IMG/VR virus record: IMGVR_UViG_3300020421_001669
Location: 64,001 to 128,000 of that record
Strand: one strand, 5' to 3'
DNA length: 64,000 nt
DNA from: a virus
Shown: piece by piece, positions 1 to 10,543 of the stretch
Layout: each line of letters opens with the position of its first letter
Position numbering within the stretch: the first letter of the stretch is position 1
Made by a program: the position numbers and the translations under genes
The notes under the pieces: generated by a model
What the model saw: the letters and a program-made list of their open reading frames with translations, nothing else
The model's database searches: none
Told to the model about the DNA's origin: nothing

Positions 1-1517
1 CTTCTGCTTCTGCTTTATCAGTAGGTTCCACAACAATAACCGCTGCTGGTTCTGGATATTCATCCGCAACAGTAACATTTTCCGACCCAACAGGTGTAAC
101 TCCTGCTAATGGTGGTATTACTGCTACTGGAACAGTGGCTTTATCTGGTAACAATGTTGCATCAATCACAATTACAAATCCAGGCTACGGATATACATCT
201 GCGCCTACATTGACAATTGCTGGTGATGGTTCATCTGCAACTGCTACAGCTGCATTACAAACCGCGTGGACATACAAAGACAATTTTGATTTCACACCTA
301 CTACAACTACATGGGCAAAGAACAATGGTGCTTCACGCGACATGGTTCATGTTATTGTTGTTGATGAAACTGGAGAAATCACTGGAACTGCTGGAACAGT
401 CCTAGAAAAATTCGCTGGACTATCCAAGGCATCTGACGCTAAAGATGACCTAAACCAGACAAACTTTTACAAAAATGTAATCAATGACCGTTCAGAATGG
501 ATATACTGGATGGATCATCCTACAAACGGAAGCAACTGGGGTAACTCATCTGCTGGTGGAACTACTTTTGCTACATTGCTAGGTTCCTCAGATGGTGATG
601 TTTCAACTTCACTTGGAAGTGGTGTTGACGCCTCTCCTGCTACTGCTGACCTACAATCTGGATACGGACTATTCGCAAATGACGAATTAGTAGATGTAAA
701 CCTAATCTTAGGTTCCGCACACGCAACTGCCGTAGGTGATTACATTATCGATAATGTTGCAGAAATTCGTAAAGATGCTATGGTATTTATTTCTCCACAG
801 AGAAGTGCCGTAGTAAACAACGAAGGTTCAGAAACAACATCAATCATTTCAACAACTGACCTTAACGCATATACTCGTTCATCTTATGCAGTATATGATT
901 CTGGTTGGAAATATATGTACGACAAGTACAATGACAGATATGTCTACATTCCTCTGAATGGAGATATTGCTGGTACTTGTGTTGTTACAGACAAAGCTGA
1001 TGACCCTTGGTTCTCGCCAGGCGGACTTAATAGAGGACAGATTAAAAATGCAATCAAACTCGCATGGTCACCTAATAAGTCACAAAGAGATACACTTTAC
1101 ACTAAAGGTGTAAACCCTGTAATCTCAACACCAGGCTCTGGTATTGTATTGTTTGGAGACAAGACAATGCTTGATACACCAAGTGCATTTAACAGAATTA
1201 ATGTTCGTAGGTTGTTTATTGTCCTTGAGAAGGCAATCGCAACCGCTGCTAAATTCCAATTATTCGAGTTCAATGATGCATTTACAAGGGCACAATTTGT
1301 TGCTCTAGTAGAACCTTTCTTGAGAGATGTTCAAGGAAGAAGGGGTATCTTTGATTTCCGCGTAGTATGTGACGAAACAAACAATACTGCTGCTGTGATA
1401 GACGCTAATGAGTTTAGGGCTGACATATTTGTCAAACCTGCTAAGTCTATCAACTTCATAACGCTAACATTTGTTGCGACAAGAAGCGGAATATCTTTTG
1501 AAGAACTTGGCGGTTAA
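1..1517 (+). CDS. 18: Tail sheath protein (5' truncated by window edge)
   Basis: C-terminal sheath motifs PWFSPGGLNRG, FGDKT, FNRINVRRLF, FEFND, CDETNN; the frame is open upstream of 135. Confidence 0.95.
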   Translation, partial: SASALSVGSTTITAAGSGYSSATVTFSDPTGVTPANGGITATGTVALSGNNVASITITNPGYGYTSAPTLTIAGDGSSATATAALQTAWTYKDNFDFTPTTTTWAKNNGASRDMVHVIVVDETGEITGTAGTVLEKFAGLSKASDAKDDLNQTNFYKNVINDRSEWIYWMDHPTNGSNWGNSSAGGTTFATLLGSSDGDVSTSLGSGVDASPATADLQSGYGLFANDELVDVNLILGSAHATAVGDYIIDNVAEIRKDAMVFISPQRSAVVNNEGSETTSIISTTDLNAYTRSSYAVYDSGWKYMYDKYNDRYVYIPLNGDIAGTCVVTDKADDPWFSPGGLNRGQIKNAIKLAWSPNKSQRDTLYTKGVNPVISTPGSGIVLFGDKTMLDTPSAFNRINVRRLFIVLEKAIATAAKFQLFEFNDAFTRAQFVALVEPFLRDVQGRRGIFDFRVVCDETNNTAAVIDANEFRADIFVKPAKSINFITLTFVATRSGISFEELGG

Positions 1518-1553
1518 TAGAGATAAATAAAATAAAGTTAGGAGAAAAAACAG

Positions 1554-2072
1554 ATGAATATTGAAGAGTTTAAGGCCAGACTAGGTGCTGGTGGAGCAAG
1601 ACCTAATCAGTTTAGGGTTAAGCTTGCCTTCCCTTCTTATGTTACTGGTGTTGACCCATCTTACAGTCTGCTCGTAACTGGGGCCGCCCTTCCCGCTTCC
1701 AATGTTAACCCTGCTATCATCCAATATAGAGGTAGGGAAATTAAACTTGCAGGCGAAAGGATATTCGACCCTTGGACTATTACAGTAGTTAACGACTCAG
1801 ATTTTAGTCTACGAGCACCATTTGAAGCTTGGATGAACGGTATGAATGACCGTGAAACCAACGAAGCGATTACTTTGGAACCATCAAGTTACCAAAGTGA
1901 TATCGTTGTGGAACATTTAGATAGGAATGACCGTGTGTTAGAGAATGGAACTTACACACTTAGAAACGCATTTCCTATTCAGATGTCAGAAATTGCATTG
2001 AACTATGCTCAGAATGACATCTTTGAAGAATTTACGGTGACATGGCAATACACACATTATGATGTAGAATAA
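1554..2072 (+). CDS. 19: Tail tube protein
   Basis: GARPNQF, YRGREIKLAGER.FDPWTITV motifs; follows sheath. Confidence 0.95.
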   Translation: MNIEEFKARLGAGGARPNQFRVKLAFPSYVTGVDPSYSLLVTGAALPASNVNPAIIQYRGREIKLAGERIFDPWTITVVNDSDFSLRAPFEAWMNGMNDRETNEAITLEPSSYQSDIVVEHLDRNDRVLENGTYTLRNAFPIQMSEIALNYAQNDIFEEFTVTWQYTHYDVE

Positions 2073-2098
2073 TCTACGAGTTGAAGAAGGTATAAATT

Positions 2099-3616
2099 AT
2101 GGAATTATTTGGATTAGAAATAACTAGATCCAAGTCAAAGACGGAAAAATCATTCGTTCCGCCTCATGACGATGGGTCTTTAGAAAGTATAAGGGCGGGT
2201 GGATACTACGGTACTTACTTTGATATAGAAGGTACTGCTAATAGTGAAACCCAACTTATCAAAAGATATAGAGATATATCAATGATGGGCGATGTTGACG
2301 CAGCCATTGAGGATGTTGTCAACGATGCCATCGCAAACTTAGATGATGAGAAACCAGTTAAGTTAAATCTTGACAAGGTTCAACAATCTGCCACAGTTAA
2401 AAAGGCGATTGTAAATGAGTTTGACGGTGTTCTTAGAATGTTAGATTTTAACACTAGGGCACAAGATTATTTCAGACGGTGGTATATTGATGGAAGGATT
2501 TTCTTTCACAAAGTCATCGATACTGAAAAACCAAAAGAAGGTTTAAAGGATGTTCGGTATGTAGACCCAAGGAAAATCCGAAAGGTCAGAGAAGTTAAGA
2601 AAGAGAAAGATAAAAAATCTCAAGTAACTCTCGTGAAAGATGTACTAGAATATTTTGTGTTTGATGAGAAGGGGATTGCCACCAACTCACAAATGTCGTA
2701 CAGGACAGATGTAGTTAACGACAAGGCAATAAAGGTTAGCAAAGACGCCGTAACATACTGTACATCGGGTCTAGTTGACCAAGATAGGAACATACCACTT
2801 TCCTATCTTCACAAGGCGATACGCCCTGCTAACCAATTGAGAATGATGGAGAACGCAGTGGTGATTTATCGTATCACGCGAGCTCCAGAAAGAAGAATTT
2901 TTTATATAGATGTTGGAAATCTGCCAACAGGAAAGGCAGAACAATATCTAAAAGATGTTATGAGTCGCTACAGAAACAAACTTGTTTATGATAGTGATAC
3001 TGGTGAGATAAGAGATGACAAGAAGTTTATGTCAATGCTTGAAGACTTCTGGTTACCGAGGAAAGAAGGTGGCAGAGGAACAGAGATTCAAACATTGCCA
3101 GGCGGGTCTAACTTGGGTGAGATTGAAGATGTAGTTTACTTCCAAAAGAAACTATATCAGGCACTCAATGTTCCGATTTCTCGTCTGGAACAACAAAGTG
3201 GACTGAATTTTGGTAGGTCTGCTGAGATTACCAGAGATGAACTTAAATTTACAAAGTTCGTTTCTAAGTTGAGAAATAGATTTAGTGGGATATTTGATGA
3301 CCTACTAAAAACTCAACTTGTACTGAAAGGGGTCATTAACGAAGAAGAATGGCCAGAGATTAGAAATGACCTACAGTATATGTACGCTCAAGATGCCTAC
3401 TATACTGAGTCTAAGGAACAAGAAATTCTTAGAAGTAGGTTAGAGATACTAAACGGTGTGGTGCCATTTATAGGTCAATTGTTTAGTAAAGAGTATGTAC
3501 AAAAGAATATTATGCGATTCTCCGATGAGGAGATAAGTATTATAGACGGGCAAATTGCAGCTAGTCAAGAAGGAGGGGAAGAACCTCAAATAACTAATGG
3601 AGAAGATAATGAGTGA
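2099..3616 (+). CDS. 20: Portal protein
   Basis: YRITRAPERRIFYIDVGNLP, EDFWLPRKEGGRGTEI, EITRDELKF motifs. Confidence 0.97.
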   Translation: MELFGLEITRSKSKTEKSFVPPHDDGSLESIRAGGYYGTYFDIEGTANSETQLIKRYRDISMMGDVDAAIEDVVNDAIANLDDEKPVKLNLDKVQQSATVKKAIVNEFDGVLRMLDFNTRAQDYFRRWYIDGRIFFHKVIDTEKPKEGLKDVRYVDPRKIRKVREVKKEKDKKSQVTLVKDVLEYFVFDEKGIATNSQMSYRTDVVNDKAIKVSKDAVTYCTSGLVDQDRNIPLSYLHKAIRPANQLRMMENAVVIYRITRAPERRIFYIDVGNLPTGKAEQYLKDVMSRYRNKLVYDSDTGEIRDDKKFMSMLEDFWLPRKEGGRGTEIQTLPGGSNLGEIEDVVYFQKKLYQALNVPISRLEQQSGLNFGRSAEITRDELKFTKFVSKLRNRFSGIFDDLLKTQLVLKGVINEEEWPEIRNDLQYMYAQDAYYTESKEQEILRSRLEILNGVVPFIGQLFSKEYVQKNIMRFSDEEISIIDGQIAASQEGGEEPQITNGEDNE

Positions 3617-3896
3617 AGTAGAAAATAAAGAAGTGGAAGTGACTGACCAAGTAACACCACAAGATGCTGTCAGAAACATGATGGATAAGTGGGCAGATGG
3701 TGACTACACAGGCGCAAACGATGACTTTGCGAAGGCGATGGGTACAAGGGCGGATGAATTAGTTTCCGCGAGAAAGGAAGAAATTGCAAATGCAATCTTT
3801 AATGACCCAGAACTACAAAAGATGGGACTTGAGGCTGCATCCGAAGAAGAATTAGAACAAACAGAAACCGAAGGGGAAACAAATGAAGACATTTAA
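3609..3896 (+). CDS. Prohead core protein gp67-like
   Basis: Small acidic ORF directly after portal (T4 synteny). Confidence 0.6.
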   Translation: MSEVENKEVEVTDQVTPQDAVRNMMDKWADGDYTGANDDFAKAMGTRADELVSARKEEIANAIFNDPELQKMGLEAASEEELEQTETEGETNEDI

Positions 3897-4236
3897 AGAG
3901 TTACGCGAGGAAGCGCAACCAGTAGAGAAACCTAAGAAGGAAGTCTCTGCTGCCAATGTTCCTGCTGAAAAAGGAACAGAAGGTCATGTCGTTCCCCCAA
4001 AACAGGGAAGTTCGGAAGACCCGAAACTAACACATATGTGTGCTACTAAGGTTGTCCATCCCAAATTCGGTGAGGGTAAACCCATAGTAGGAGAGCATGC
4101 TGAACCAGACTCAGAAGGTAGCATTGCTTGGTATAGGGTTATGTTTGAACACGGTGTGGAAATGTGTGAAACCTATGCTTTGGAAATCTTAGCAGAAGGG
4201 CCACATGGTAACCACTCCAAGAAAAAAGGATATTAG
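3883..4236 (+). CDS. Hypothetical head-associated protein
   Basis: N-terminus MKTFKELREE resembles the T4 capsid-targeting sequence; lies in the head gene cluster. Confidence 0.55.
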   Translation: MKTFKELREEAQPVEKPKKEVSAANVPAEKGTEGHVVPPKQGSSEDPKLTHMCATKVVHPKFGEGKPIVGEHAEPDSEGSIAWYRVMFEHGVEMCETYALEILAEGPHGNHSKKKGY

Positions 4237-4246
4237 GAGAAACTAA

Positions 4247-4636
4247 ATGGCAGTCGTAGTCGATGTTTTAAAACTTACTCAAGTTCAAGGAGTATGTGCC
4301 GTTCGTGGGACAGCTGCGACAGGCACCATTGCTCTTGCAACCACTCTGAAGAAGAGTACTGAAACTCAGAGTTCACCAAAGGCAGATATTAAAGCAATTC
4401 ATTGGACATTATCTGCAAGTGCAAGTGCTAAGATACAAAGGAATAGTGATATTCTCTATGAATTAACAGAGAGTGGTTCACTAGATTTTTACGGATTCAA
4501 TGACAATCACCAGAATGACCAAGATATAGAAGTAGTTATCGCTGGTGGTGCAGGCGGAACTGTAATAGTAGAGACTGCTAAGGTTAGTGGATACGGTTCA
4601 CAACAACACCAAGGCGCAGATGGGAGTTTAGGATAA
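4247..4636 (+). CDS. Hypothetical virion protein
   Basis: AGGAG SD; between head genes. Confidence 0.6.
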   Translation: MAVVVDVLKLTQVQGVCAVRGTAATGTIALATTLKKSTETQSSPKADIKAIHWTLSASASAKIQRNSDILYELTESGSLDFYGFNDNHQNDQDIEVVIAGGAGGTVIVETAKVSGYGSQQHQGADGSLG

Positions 4637-4637
4637 A

Positions 4638-5291
4638 ATGAAACTTATAACAGAAACAACAGAAGATATTCAATATATCAAAGAAGATAAAGACGGTAAG
4701 ACAAACCTTTTCATTGAGGGTGTCTTTCTCCAATCTGACCTTAAAAACAGAAACGGTAGAGTATACCCTAAAGAAATCATGCAAAGGGAAGTAGACCGTT
4801 ATGTAAAAGAAAGTATCGATAAGAAAAGGGCAATGGGTGAGTTAGGACATCCAGATGGCCCTACAATTAATTTAGACCGCGTGTCACACATGATTACTTC
4901 TTTGAGAGAAGACGGTTCCAATTACATTGGAAAAGCAAAAATTCTTGATACACCTATGGGAAATATCGTAAAGAACCTTATAGACGAAGGTGCCTCCCTT
5001 GGTGTTAGTTCCAGAGGACTAGGAACTTTAAAAGAAAAGAATGGCATCAACGAGGTACAAGATGACTTTGTACTATCAACTGCTGCTGATATAGTTGCAG
5101 ACCCATCTGCTCCAGACGCCTTTGTTAGAGGTATCATGGAACATAAAGAGTGGGTAATGGTTGAAGGTACTTGGATGGAACAGGACATCGACTTAGCTGT
5201 AAGGCGAATCAAGAAGGCTGGTTCTCGTGAACTAGAGGAAGCGAAGATGGAAGTGTTCAGTTCATTCATGGATAAGCTGTCAAAAATCTAA
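4638..5291 (+). CDS. 21: Prohead protease
   Basis: MKLITE, NRNGRVY, GELGHP, GVSSRGLG, DIVADPSAPDAFV. Confidence 0.97.
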   Translation: MKLITETTEDIQYIKEDKDGKTNLFIEGVFLQSDLKNRNGRVYPKEIMQREVDRYVKESIDKKRAMGELGHPDGPTINLDRVSHMITSLREDGSNYIGKAKILDTPMGNIVKNLIDEGASLGVSSRGLGTLKEKNGINEVQDDFVLSTAADIVADPSAPDAFVRGIMEHKEWVMVEGTWMEQDIDLAVRRIKKAGSRELEEAKMEVFSSFMDKLSKI

Positions 5292-5296
5292 AGATT

Positions 5297-5304
5297 TATA
5301 AATA
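5297..5304 (+). promoter_or_regulatory. T4-type late promoter TATAAATA
   Basis: Exact gp55 consensus upstream of gp22. Confidence 0.85.
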
Positions 5305-5341
5305 AATACAGTATAACGCAAATCTCAAAGGAGAAATTAAC

Positions 5342-6580
5342 ATGGGCGTAGAAAGCAAAATAAGAGAAATGCTCGCTAAGGGTAAGGAAGTAGAATCCGC
5401 TCTTAATGAGGAGACTCAAGAACTGGATGAGGCAGGAGCTGCTGAAAATCTAAAGCCAAATGCAACGGCTGGTGACTCAAGTAATCCAACTCAAGGGAAC
5501 TCAAACCCTAATCCAGAAATTCAAGACCTTAGTGGAACTGGAGACAAGCATGGTGGTTTAACATCTGCAATTGGCCCCGCTTCCGCATCTAAAGTCGGTG
5601 ATGCACCAAGACCTGCTAATTCAGGCGCTGGTCAGGCACCAAACTACGATGGTGGTGAAGACACCGCATCTGTAGTTGCTCAACCATCTTCAGAGGGTAT
5701 TCGTACTCAGAAAGAAGAAGAAGAGGTTGAAGACGAGGTAATCGCTGAAGATGAAGTAGAGAACGAAGAAGAAGTTGTCTCTGAGTCTGAAGTAGAAGAA
5801 GTAGAATCAGAAGAGGAGGACGCAGAGGTGTCACAAGAAACAGAAGAAGAAACATTGTTTGAAAATGACATCCAAAACCTTTTCGCTGACGAGGAACACC
5901 TCTCAGAAGAGTTTAAAGTAAAGGCTGCAGAACTTTTTGAAACTGTAGTCACTGCAAGACTCGCTAACGAAATAGAATCCATTCAGAAAGAACTTGAAGA
6001 ACAGTCTCAAATTGAAAGAGAAACCTTCAAAGAGGAAATGGTAGGTAAAATCGATCAATACCTTAACTATGTCGCTGAAAACTGGATGAAAGAGAACGAG
6101 CTTGCTATCGAGCGCGGTCTTAGGACTGAAATAACAGAAGACTTTATTAAGTCGCTGAAAACTGTTTTCGCAGAACACTACATTGAAGTACCACAAGACA
6201 AGTACGATGTGTTAGGTGAAATGCAAGACGAAATTGAGGAACTTAAAAAGAAACTCAATGAGTCAGTCGAAGCACAAATTAATCTTACTACTGATAGAGA
6301 GTCGCTAATGCGTTCTAAAATTATCGGTGAGATTTCTGAAGACTTAACACTTACTGAACAAGAGAAACTTACTTCTCTAGTTGAAGATGTTGCCTTTGGA
6401 ACTAGTGAGATGTTTGCTGAAAAAGTAACTGTTGTTAAAGAGAACTATTTCCCTAAACAGGAAACTGTTAAGGAAGAGTCCGAGTCCGTAATGACTGACA
6501 CTGTACCCGAAGAACTAATTGAAGAGGGTTCAGCCGTTAGTAGGTACGCTCAAGCGATTTCACGACAAGTTAAAAAATAA
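5342..6580 (+). CDS. 22: Prohead scaffold protein
   Basis: Acidic coiled coil; YLNYVAENWMKENELAIERG; between gp21 and gp23. Confidence 0.93.
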   Translation: MGVESKIREMLAKGKEVESALNEETQELDEAGAAENLKPNATAGDSSNPTQGNSNPNPEIQDLSGTGDKHGGLTSAIGPASASKVGDAPRPANSGAGQAPNYDGGEDTASVVAQPSSEGIRTQKEEEEVEDEVIAEDEVENEEEVVSESEVEEVESEEEDAEVSQETEEETLFENDIQNLFADEEHLSEEFKVKAAELFETVVTARLANEIESIQKELEEQSQIERETFKEEMVGKIDQYLNYVAENWMKENELAIERGLRTEITEDFIKSLKTVFAEHYIEVPQDKYDVLGEMQDEIEELKKKLNESVEAQINLTTDRESLMRSKIIGEISEDLTLTEQEKLTSLVEDVAFGTSEMFAEKVTVVKENYFPKQETVKEESESVMTDTVPEELIEEGSAVSRYAQAISRQVKK

Positions 6581-6586
6581 CTTTTA

Positions 6587-6594
6587 TATAAATA
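6587..6594 (+). promoter_or_regulatory. T4-type late promoter TATAAATA
   Basis: Exact consensus upstream of gp23. Confidence 0.85.
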
Positions 6595-6636
6595 ATACCA
6601 ATAGGTAAATAACCAGAAAGAAAATAGGAGACTACA

Positions 6637-7899
6637 ATGTATCTTTCAGAAGAAATCCAAAAAAAGTGGAGTCCAGTATTGGAACATCCCGACCTTGGCG
6701 AAATCAAGGATAGTTATCGTAAAGCGGTAACAGCTGTTATTCTTGAGAACCAAGAGAAGGCTCTTGCCGAAGAGAAAAATATCACTGAGGCAGTCCACGC
6801 AAATAATATGTCATCTGCGATTGACACTTATGACCCCATCCTTATCTCATTAGTAAGACGAGCTCTTCCTAATTTGATGGCGTATGATGTCTGTGGTGTT
6901 CAACCAATGACTGGCCCAACAGGTCTTATCTTTGCCATGAAGTCACATTACACCTCACAAACAGGTACAGAAGCTCTGTACAATGAGGCTGATACTGACT
7001 TTGCTGGTACAGGTACTCACGCTGGGTCTAATCCAGTTGACGGTTCATACACAACTGGTACTGGTATCACTAGAGACAACGCTGAGTTGTTAGGTGACAC
7101 AGTTACTTTGAACCAAATGGCGTTCTCAATCGAGAAAACAACTGTAACCGCTAAGTCAAGAGCACTTAAAGCAGAATATACTGTGGAACTTGCTCAAGAC
7201 CTTAAAGCAGTTCACGGTCTTGACGCTGAGTCAGAATTGTCAAACATTCTTTCTCAAGAAATTCTCGCTGAGATTAACAGAGAAGTAATTAGAACTATCT
7301 ACAAAGTTGCTAAGACAGGTGCTGCTTCGACTGCATCTGCTGGTACTTTCGACCTTGATGTTGATTCAAATGGTCGTTGGTCTGTAGAAAGATTCAAGGG
7401 TCTCTTGTTCAACATTGAACGAGATGCTAATGTTATCGCTCAAGATACTCGTAGAGGAAAAGGTAACTTCATCATCTGTTCTTCAGATGTTGCCTCTGCA
7501 CTTTCAATGGCTGGTGTACTAGACTACACTCCTGCTCTTGATACTAACTTGAATGTTGATGACACTGGTAACACTTTCGCCGGTACGCTTAATGGCCGAT
7601 ACAAAGTGTATGTTGACCCTTATTCTGCTAACACAGGTGCTGCTTCTCAGTTCTATGTTGTTGGTTATAAAGGAACTTCACCTTATGACGCTGGTCTGTT
7701 CTACTGTCCGTATGTTCCATTACAAATGGTTCGTGCAATTGACCCATCTACTTTCCAACCGAAAATCGGTTTCAAAACTAGATATGGTATGATTGCTAAC
7801 CCATTCGTAACACAATCAGATGGTACAACTGACGCAGATACCTTTACTGCTGATAGAAACCAGTACTACAGGTCTGTTAAGGTTTCCAACCTTATGTAA
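6637..7899 (+). CDS. 23: Major capsid protein
   Basis: GVQPMTGPTGLIFAM, AKSRALKAEYTVELAQDLKAVHGLDAE, FQPKIGFKTRYG. Confidence 0.98.
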   Translation: MYLSEEIQKKWSPVLEHPDLGEIKDSYRKAVTAVILENQEKALAEEKNITEAVHANNMSSAIDTYDPILISLVRRALPNLMAYDVCGVQPMTGPTGLIFAMKSHYTSQTGTEALYNEADTDFAGTGTHAGSNPVDGSYTTGTGITRDNAELLGDTVTLNQMAFSIEKTTVTAKSRALKAEYTVELAQDLKAVHGLDAESELSNILSQEILAEINREVIRTIYKVAKTGAASTASAGTFDLDVDSNGRWSVERFKGLLFNIERDANVIAQDTRRGKGNFIICSSDVASALSMAGVLDYTPALDTNLNVDDTGNTFAGTLNGRYKVYVDPYSANTGAASQFYVVGYKGTSPYDAGLFYCPYVPLQMVRAIDPSTFQPKIGFKTRYGMIANPFVTQSDGTTDADTFTADRNQYYRSVKVSNLM

Positions 7900-7928
7900 T
7901 AAGAGTTGAGTTAATCAACCAAGTTTAG

Positions 7929-7957
7929 AGGGAGTCTTTCGAGACTCCCTTTTTTTT
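7929..7957 (+). terminator. Rho-independent terminator
   Basis: AGGGAGTCT-TTCG-AGACTCCCT stem with UUCG loop followed by a T-tract. Confidence 0.92.
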
Positions 7958-7961
7958 GGGC

Positions 7962-7990
7962 TTGACATTTGTTATAAATAGCAGTATAAT
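7962..7990 (+). promoter_or_regulatory. Sigma70 promoter with nested late promoter
   Basis: TTGACA-N17-TATAAT, with TATAAATA at 7973-7980 inside the spacer. Confidence 0.85.
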
Positions 7991-8014
7991 ATTAATCATT
8001 TTAGGTTTAGAACT

Positions 8015-8602
8015 ATGGCATACACAGTAAATCCATCGGTATCAGAAGGTAATTTTGCAGCCCAATCTGGCTCAGAACTTGATTACCTACGCCCTAATGG
8101 ATTCAAATTTCAAGTCCATAACATTCCAAATGTATCTTTCTTTTGTCAAGGTGCAAACATTCCCGATATGACTATTGGGTTTCCTGTACAAACAACACCA
8201 CTACAGGACATACCATTTCCCGGCGATAAGATTACTTTTGGTGACCTAAATATAAGATTCTTAATACAGGAAGATATGACAAACTATATCGAACTGTATA
8301 ACTGGTTGGTTGGATTAGGATTCCCAGAAAAACATTCTCAGTTCACAGAGTTTGTCAAGTCACAATCTTGGAGAACTGGTGGTCAAAAGACTGCAAAGAA
8401 TGAGGCAATAGGACAAGTGAGTGACGCGAGTCTATTTGTTTTGGATTCTAATAACAACCCCAACATGGAAATATTATTCAGAGATGCTTTTCCAATTGCA
8501 CTGAGTGGACTAGATTTTGATATATCTGGTGGAGACTCACCATACTTTACTGGACTTGCATCTTTCAAATATAGGATATTTAATATTAAATCTGTAACTT
8601 AA
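8015..8602 (+). CDS. 3: Tail completion/sheath stabiliser gp3-like
   Basis: PNVSFFCQGANIP, PGDKITFGDLNIRF, FRDAFPIALSGLDF; position after gp23. Confidence 0.85.
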   Translation: MAYTVNPSVSEGNFAAQSGSELDYLRPNGFKFQVHNIPNVSFFCQGANIPDMTIGFPVQTTPLQDIPFPGDKITFGDLNIRFLIQEDMTNYIELYNWLVGLGFPEKHSQFTEFVKSQSWRTGGQKTAKNEAIGQVSDASLFVLDSNNNPNMEILFRDAFPIALSGLDFDISGGDSPYFTGLASFKYRIFNIKSVT

Positions 8603-8618
8603 CATTGAAGGATATATT

Positions 8619-9062
8619 ATGGCTACATTGAATGAACTTCAAGATATGTGGGCTGAAGATTGTAAAATCGATGAACTAGACCTTGGTTCAGCATCTACTA
8701 ACACACCAAATCTTCACGCAAAATATGTAACCCATCTCGCTAACTTTAAATTACAATTAAGAAAAGCGCAGTCGGACTTGGCAAGACTTGAAAGAGTTAA
8801 GTCAGAATACTTTCGTGGAGAACTATCCAAAGAGGAACTTGACCAATTAGGTTGGGAACCTTGGTACAAAAATTCCGTACTTAAATCTGACATGAGGTCA
8901 GTATTAGATGGAGATGGAGATATCATAAAACAACAAGATAAAATTTGGTACTTAGAAACAACGGTAGACTTTTTGGACAGGGTATTGCGTAGTTTAAATT
9001 CGAGGACTTGGGACATCAAGAATGCTGTTGAATGGAACAAGACACAATCTGGCCTATTATGA
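8619..9062 (+). CDS. uvsY: Recombination mediator UvsY
   Basis: LHAKY and R.W.IKNAVEW motifs; upstream of uvsW. Confidence 0.9.
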   Translation: MATLNELQDMWAEDCKIDELDLGSASTNTPNLHAKYVTHLANFKLQLRKAQSDLARLERVKSEYFRGELSKEELDQLGWEPWYKNSVLKSDMRSVLDGDGDIIKQQDKIWYLETTVDFLDRVLRSLNSRTWDIKNAVEWNKTQSGLL

Positions 9063-10543
9063 TCTTTATAAAACAGAAAGACCATGTGCATATGCATGTG
9101 GAAGCCTCAGATGAAGGTATAACAAAGGAGATATCAGACTTCTTTACCTTTGAAGTGCCTGGCGCTTCCTTTATGCCGTCATATAGAAACCGTCATTGGG
9201 ATGGTAAGATTCGCCTGTACAATTTGTCCAGACGCGAACTGTATGTTGGTCTTTTGCCTTACCTATTAGAGTTTGCAAAACAACTTGACTATCCAGTTAG
9301 GGTAGAGATGGGTGAGATTGGTGAAGAGATGTCACGCGATGAGGTCAAAGAATTCGCCAGTAAATTAAAACTTCATAGTAACTGGAAACCTATTCAGATA
9401 AGAGACTACCAAGAAGACGCGGTGTTCGATGCAATCAACGGTGGCAGAACTCTTTTACTTTCCCCTACCGCTAGTGGTAAGTCCCTCATAATATACAATC
9501 TGGCGCGATATCATCACGCCTTAGGACGAAAACAACTTATTGTAGTCCCTACTACCAGTTTGGTTGAACAAATGTACGGAGACTTCGCTGATTACTCCAC
9601 ACACAATGGTTTTGATGTATCAAAGTACTGTCATAGGATATATGGTGGTAAAGAGAAAACAAACAAAGCGGACATTGTTATATCTACATGGCAATCTATT
9701 TACAAGTATCCAAAGAAATGGTTTGAAGAATTTGATGTAGTGTATGGTGATGAAGCACACCTATTTAAAGCAAAGTCTTTGATGACTCTTATGGATAAAT
9801 GTACCAACGCCAGATTTAGAATAGGTACTACTGGTACACTAGATGGTACACAGACGCATAGATTAGTCCTAGAAGGAGTCTTTGGTAAAGTATATAAGGT
9901 TACTACCACAAAGAAACTTATGGACAAGAAGGAACTTGCAGACCTTAAAATTATATGTATGTTAATAGACTATCCAGATGAAGAAAGAAAACTTGTATCT
10001 AAGATGCCTTATAAAGAAGAGATGGATTTTATAGTAGGACACGCGGGCAGAAATGATATTATAAGTAAACTTACCGTAGCACAGAAGGGCAACACACTTT
10101 TATTATATCAGTATGTAGAAAAACATGGCGCGGTACTACATAAAATGATATCTGAAATGACTAATCGCCCAGTTCATTTTGTATATGGTGGTACGGAAAC
10201 AGACCAAAGAGAACAGATTAGAGCATTGACAGAAAAATCTGACGATACCATTATCATTGCCAGTTACGGAACCTTTTCTACAGGTATAAATATTAGAAAC
10301 CTTAACAATATTGTATTTGCCTCACCTAGTAAGAGTAGAATCAGAAACTTACAGTCTATTGGTAGAGGTCTTAGAAAAAGTGAAGTCAAGACAAAGTGTA
10401 ACTTGTTTGACATAGGTGATGACCTTTCTTGGAAACAAAGAAAAAATTATACACTCAATCACCTTTTAGAAAGAATTAAAATGTACAATGAAGAATCCTT
10501 TGATTATAAAGTGGTTAAATTAGATTCAAGAGGAAAGATATGA
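9059..10543 (+). CDS. uvsW: SF2 helicase UvsW
   Basis: RDYQ, SPTASGKS, DEAH, QSIGRGLR; ATGA overlap with uvsY. Confidence 0.95.
   Translation: MIFIKQKDHVHMHVEASDEGITKEISDFFTFEVPGASFMPSYRNRHWDGKIRLYNLSRRELYVGLLPYLLEFAKQLDYPVRVEMGEIGEEMSRDEVKEFASKLKLHSNWKPIQIRDYQEDAVFDAINGGRTLLLSPTASGKSLIIYNLARYHHALGRKQLIVVPTTSLVEQMYGDFADYSTHNGFDVSKYCHRIYGGKEKTNKADIVISTWQSIYKYPKKWFEEFDVVYGDEAHLFKAKSLMTLMDKCTNARFRIGTTGTLDGTQTHRLVLEGVFGKVYKVTTTKKLMDKKELADLKIICMLIDYPDEERKLVSKMPYKEEMDFIVGHAGRNDIISKLTVAQKGNTLLLYQYVEKHGAVLHKMISEMTNRPVHFVYGGTETDQREQIRALTEKSDDTIIIASYGTFSTGINIRNLNNIVFASPSKSRIRNLQSIGRGLRKSEVKTKCNLFDIGDDLSWKQRKNYTLNHLLERIKMYNEESFDYKVVKLDSRGKI

Noticed and set aside
5700-5860. GAAGAA-rich tract
   Set aside because: Normal Glu-rich region of scaffold gp22
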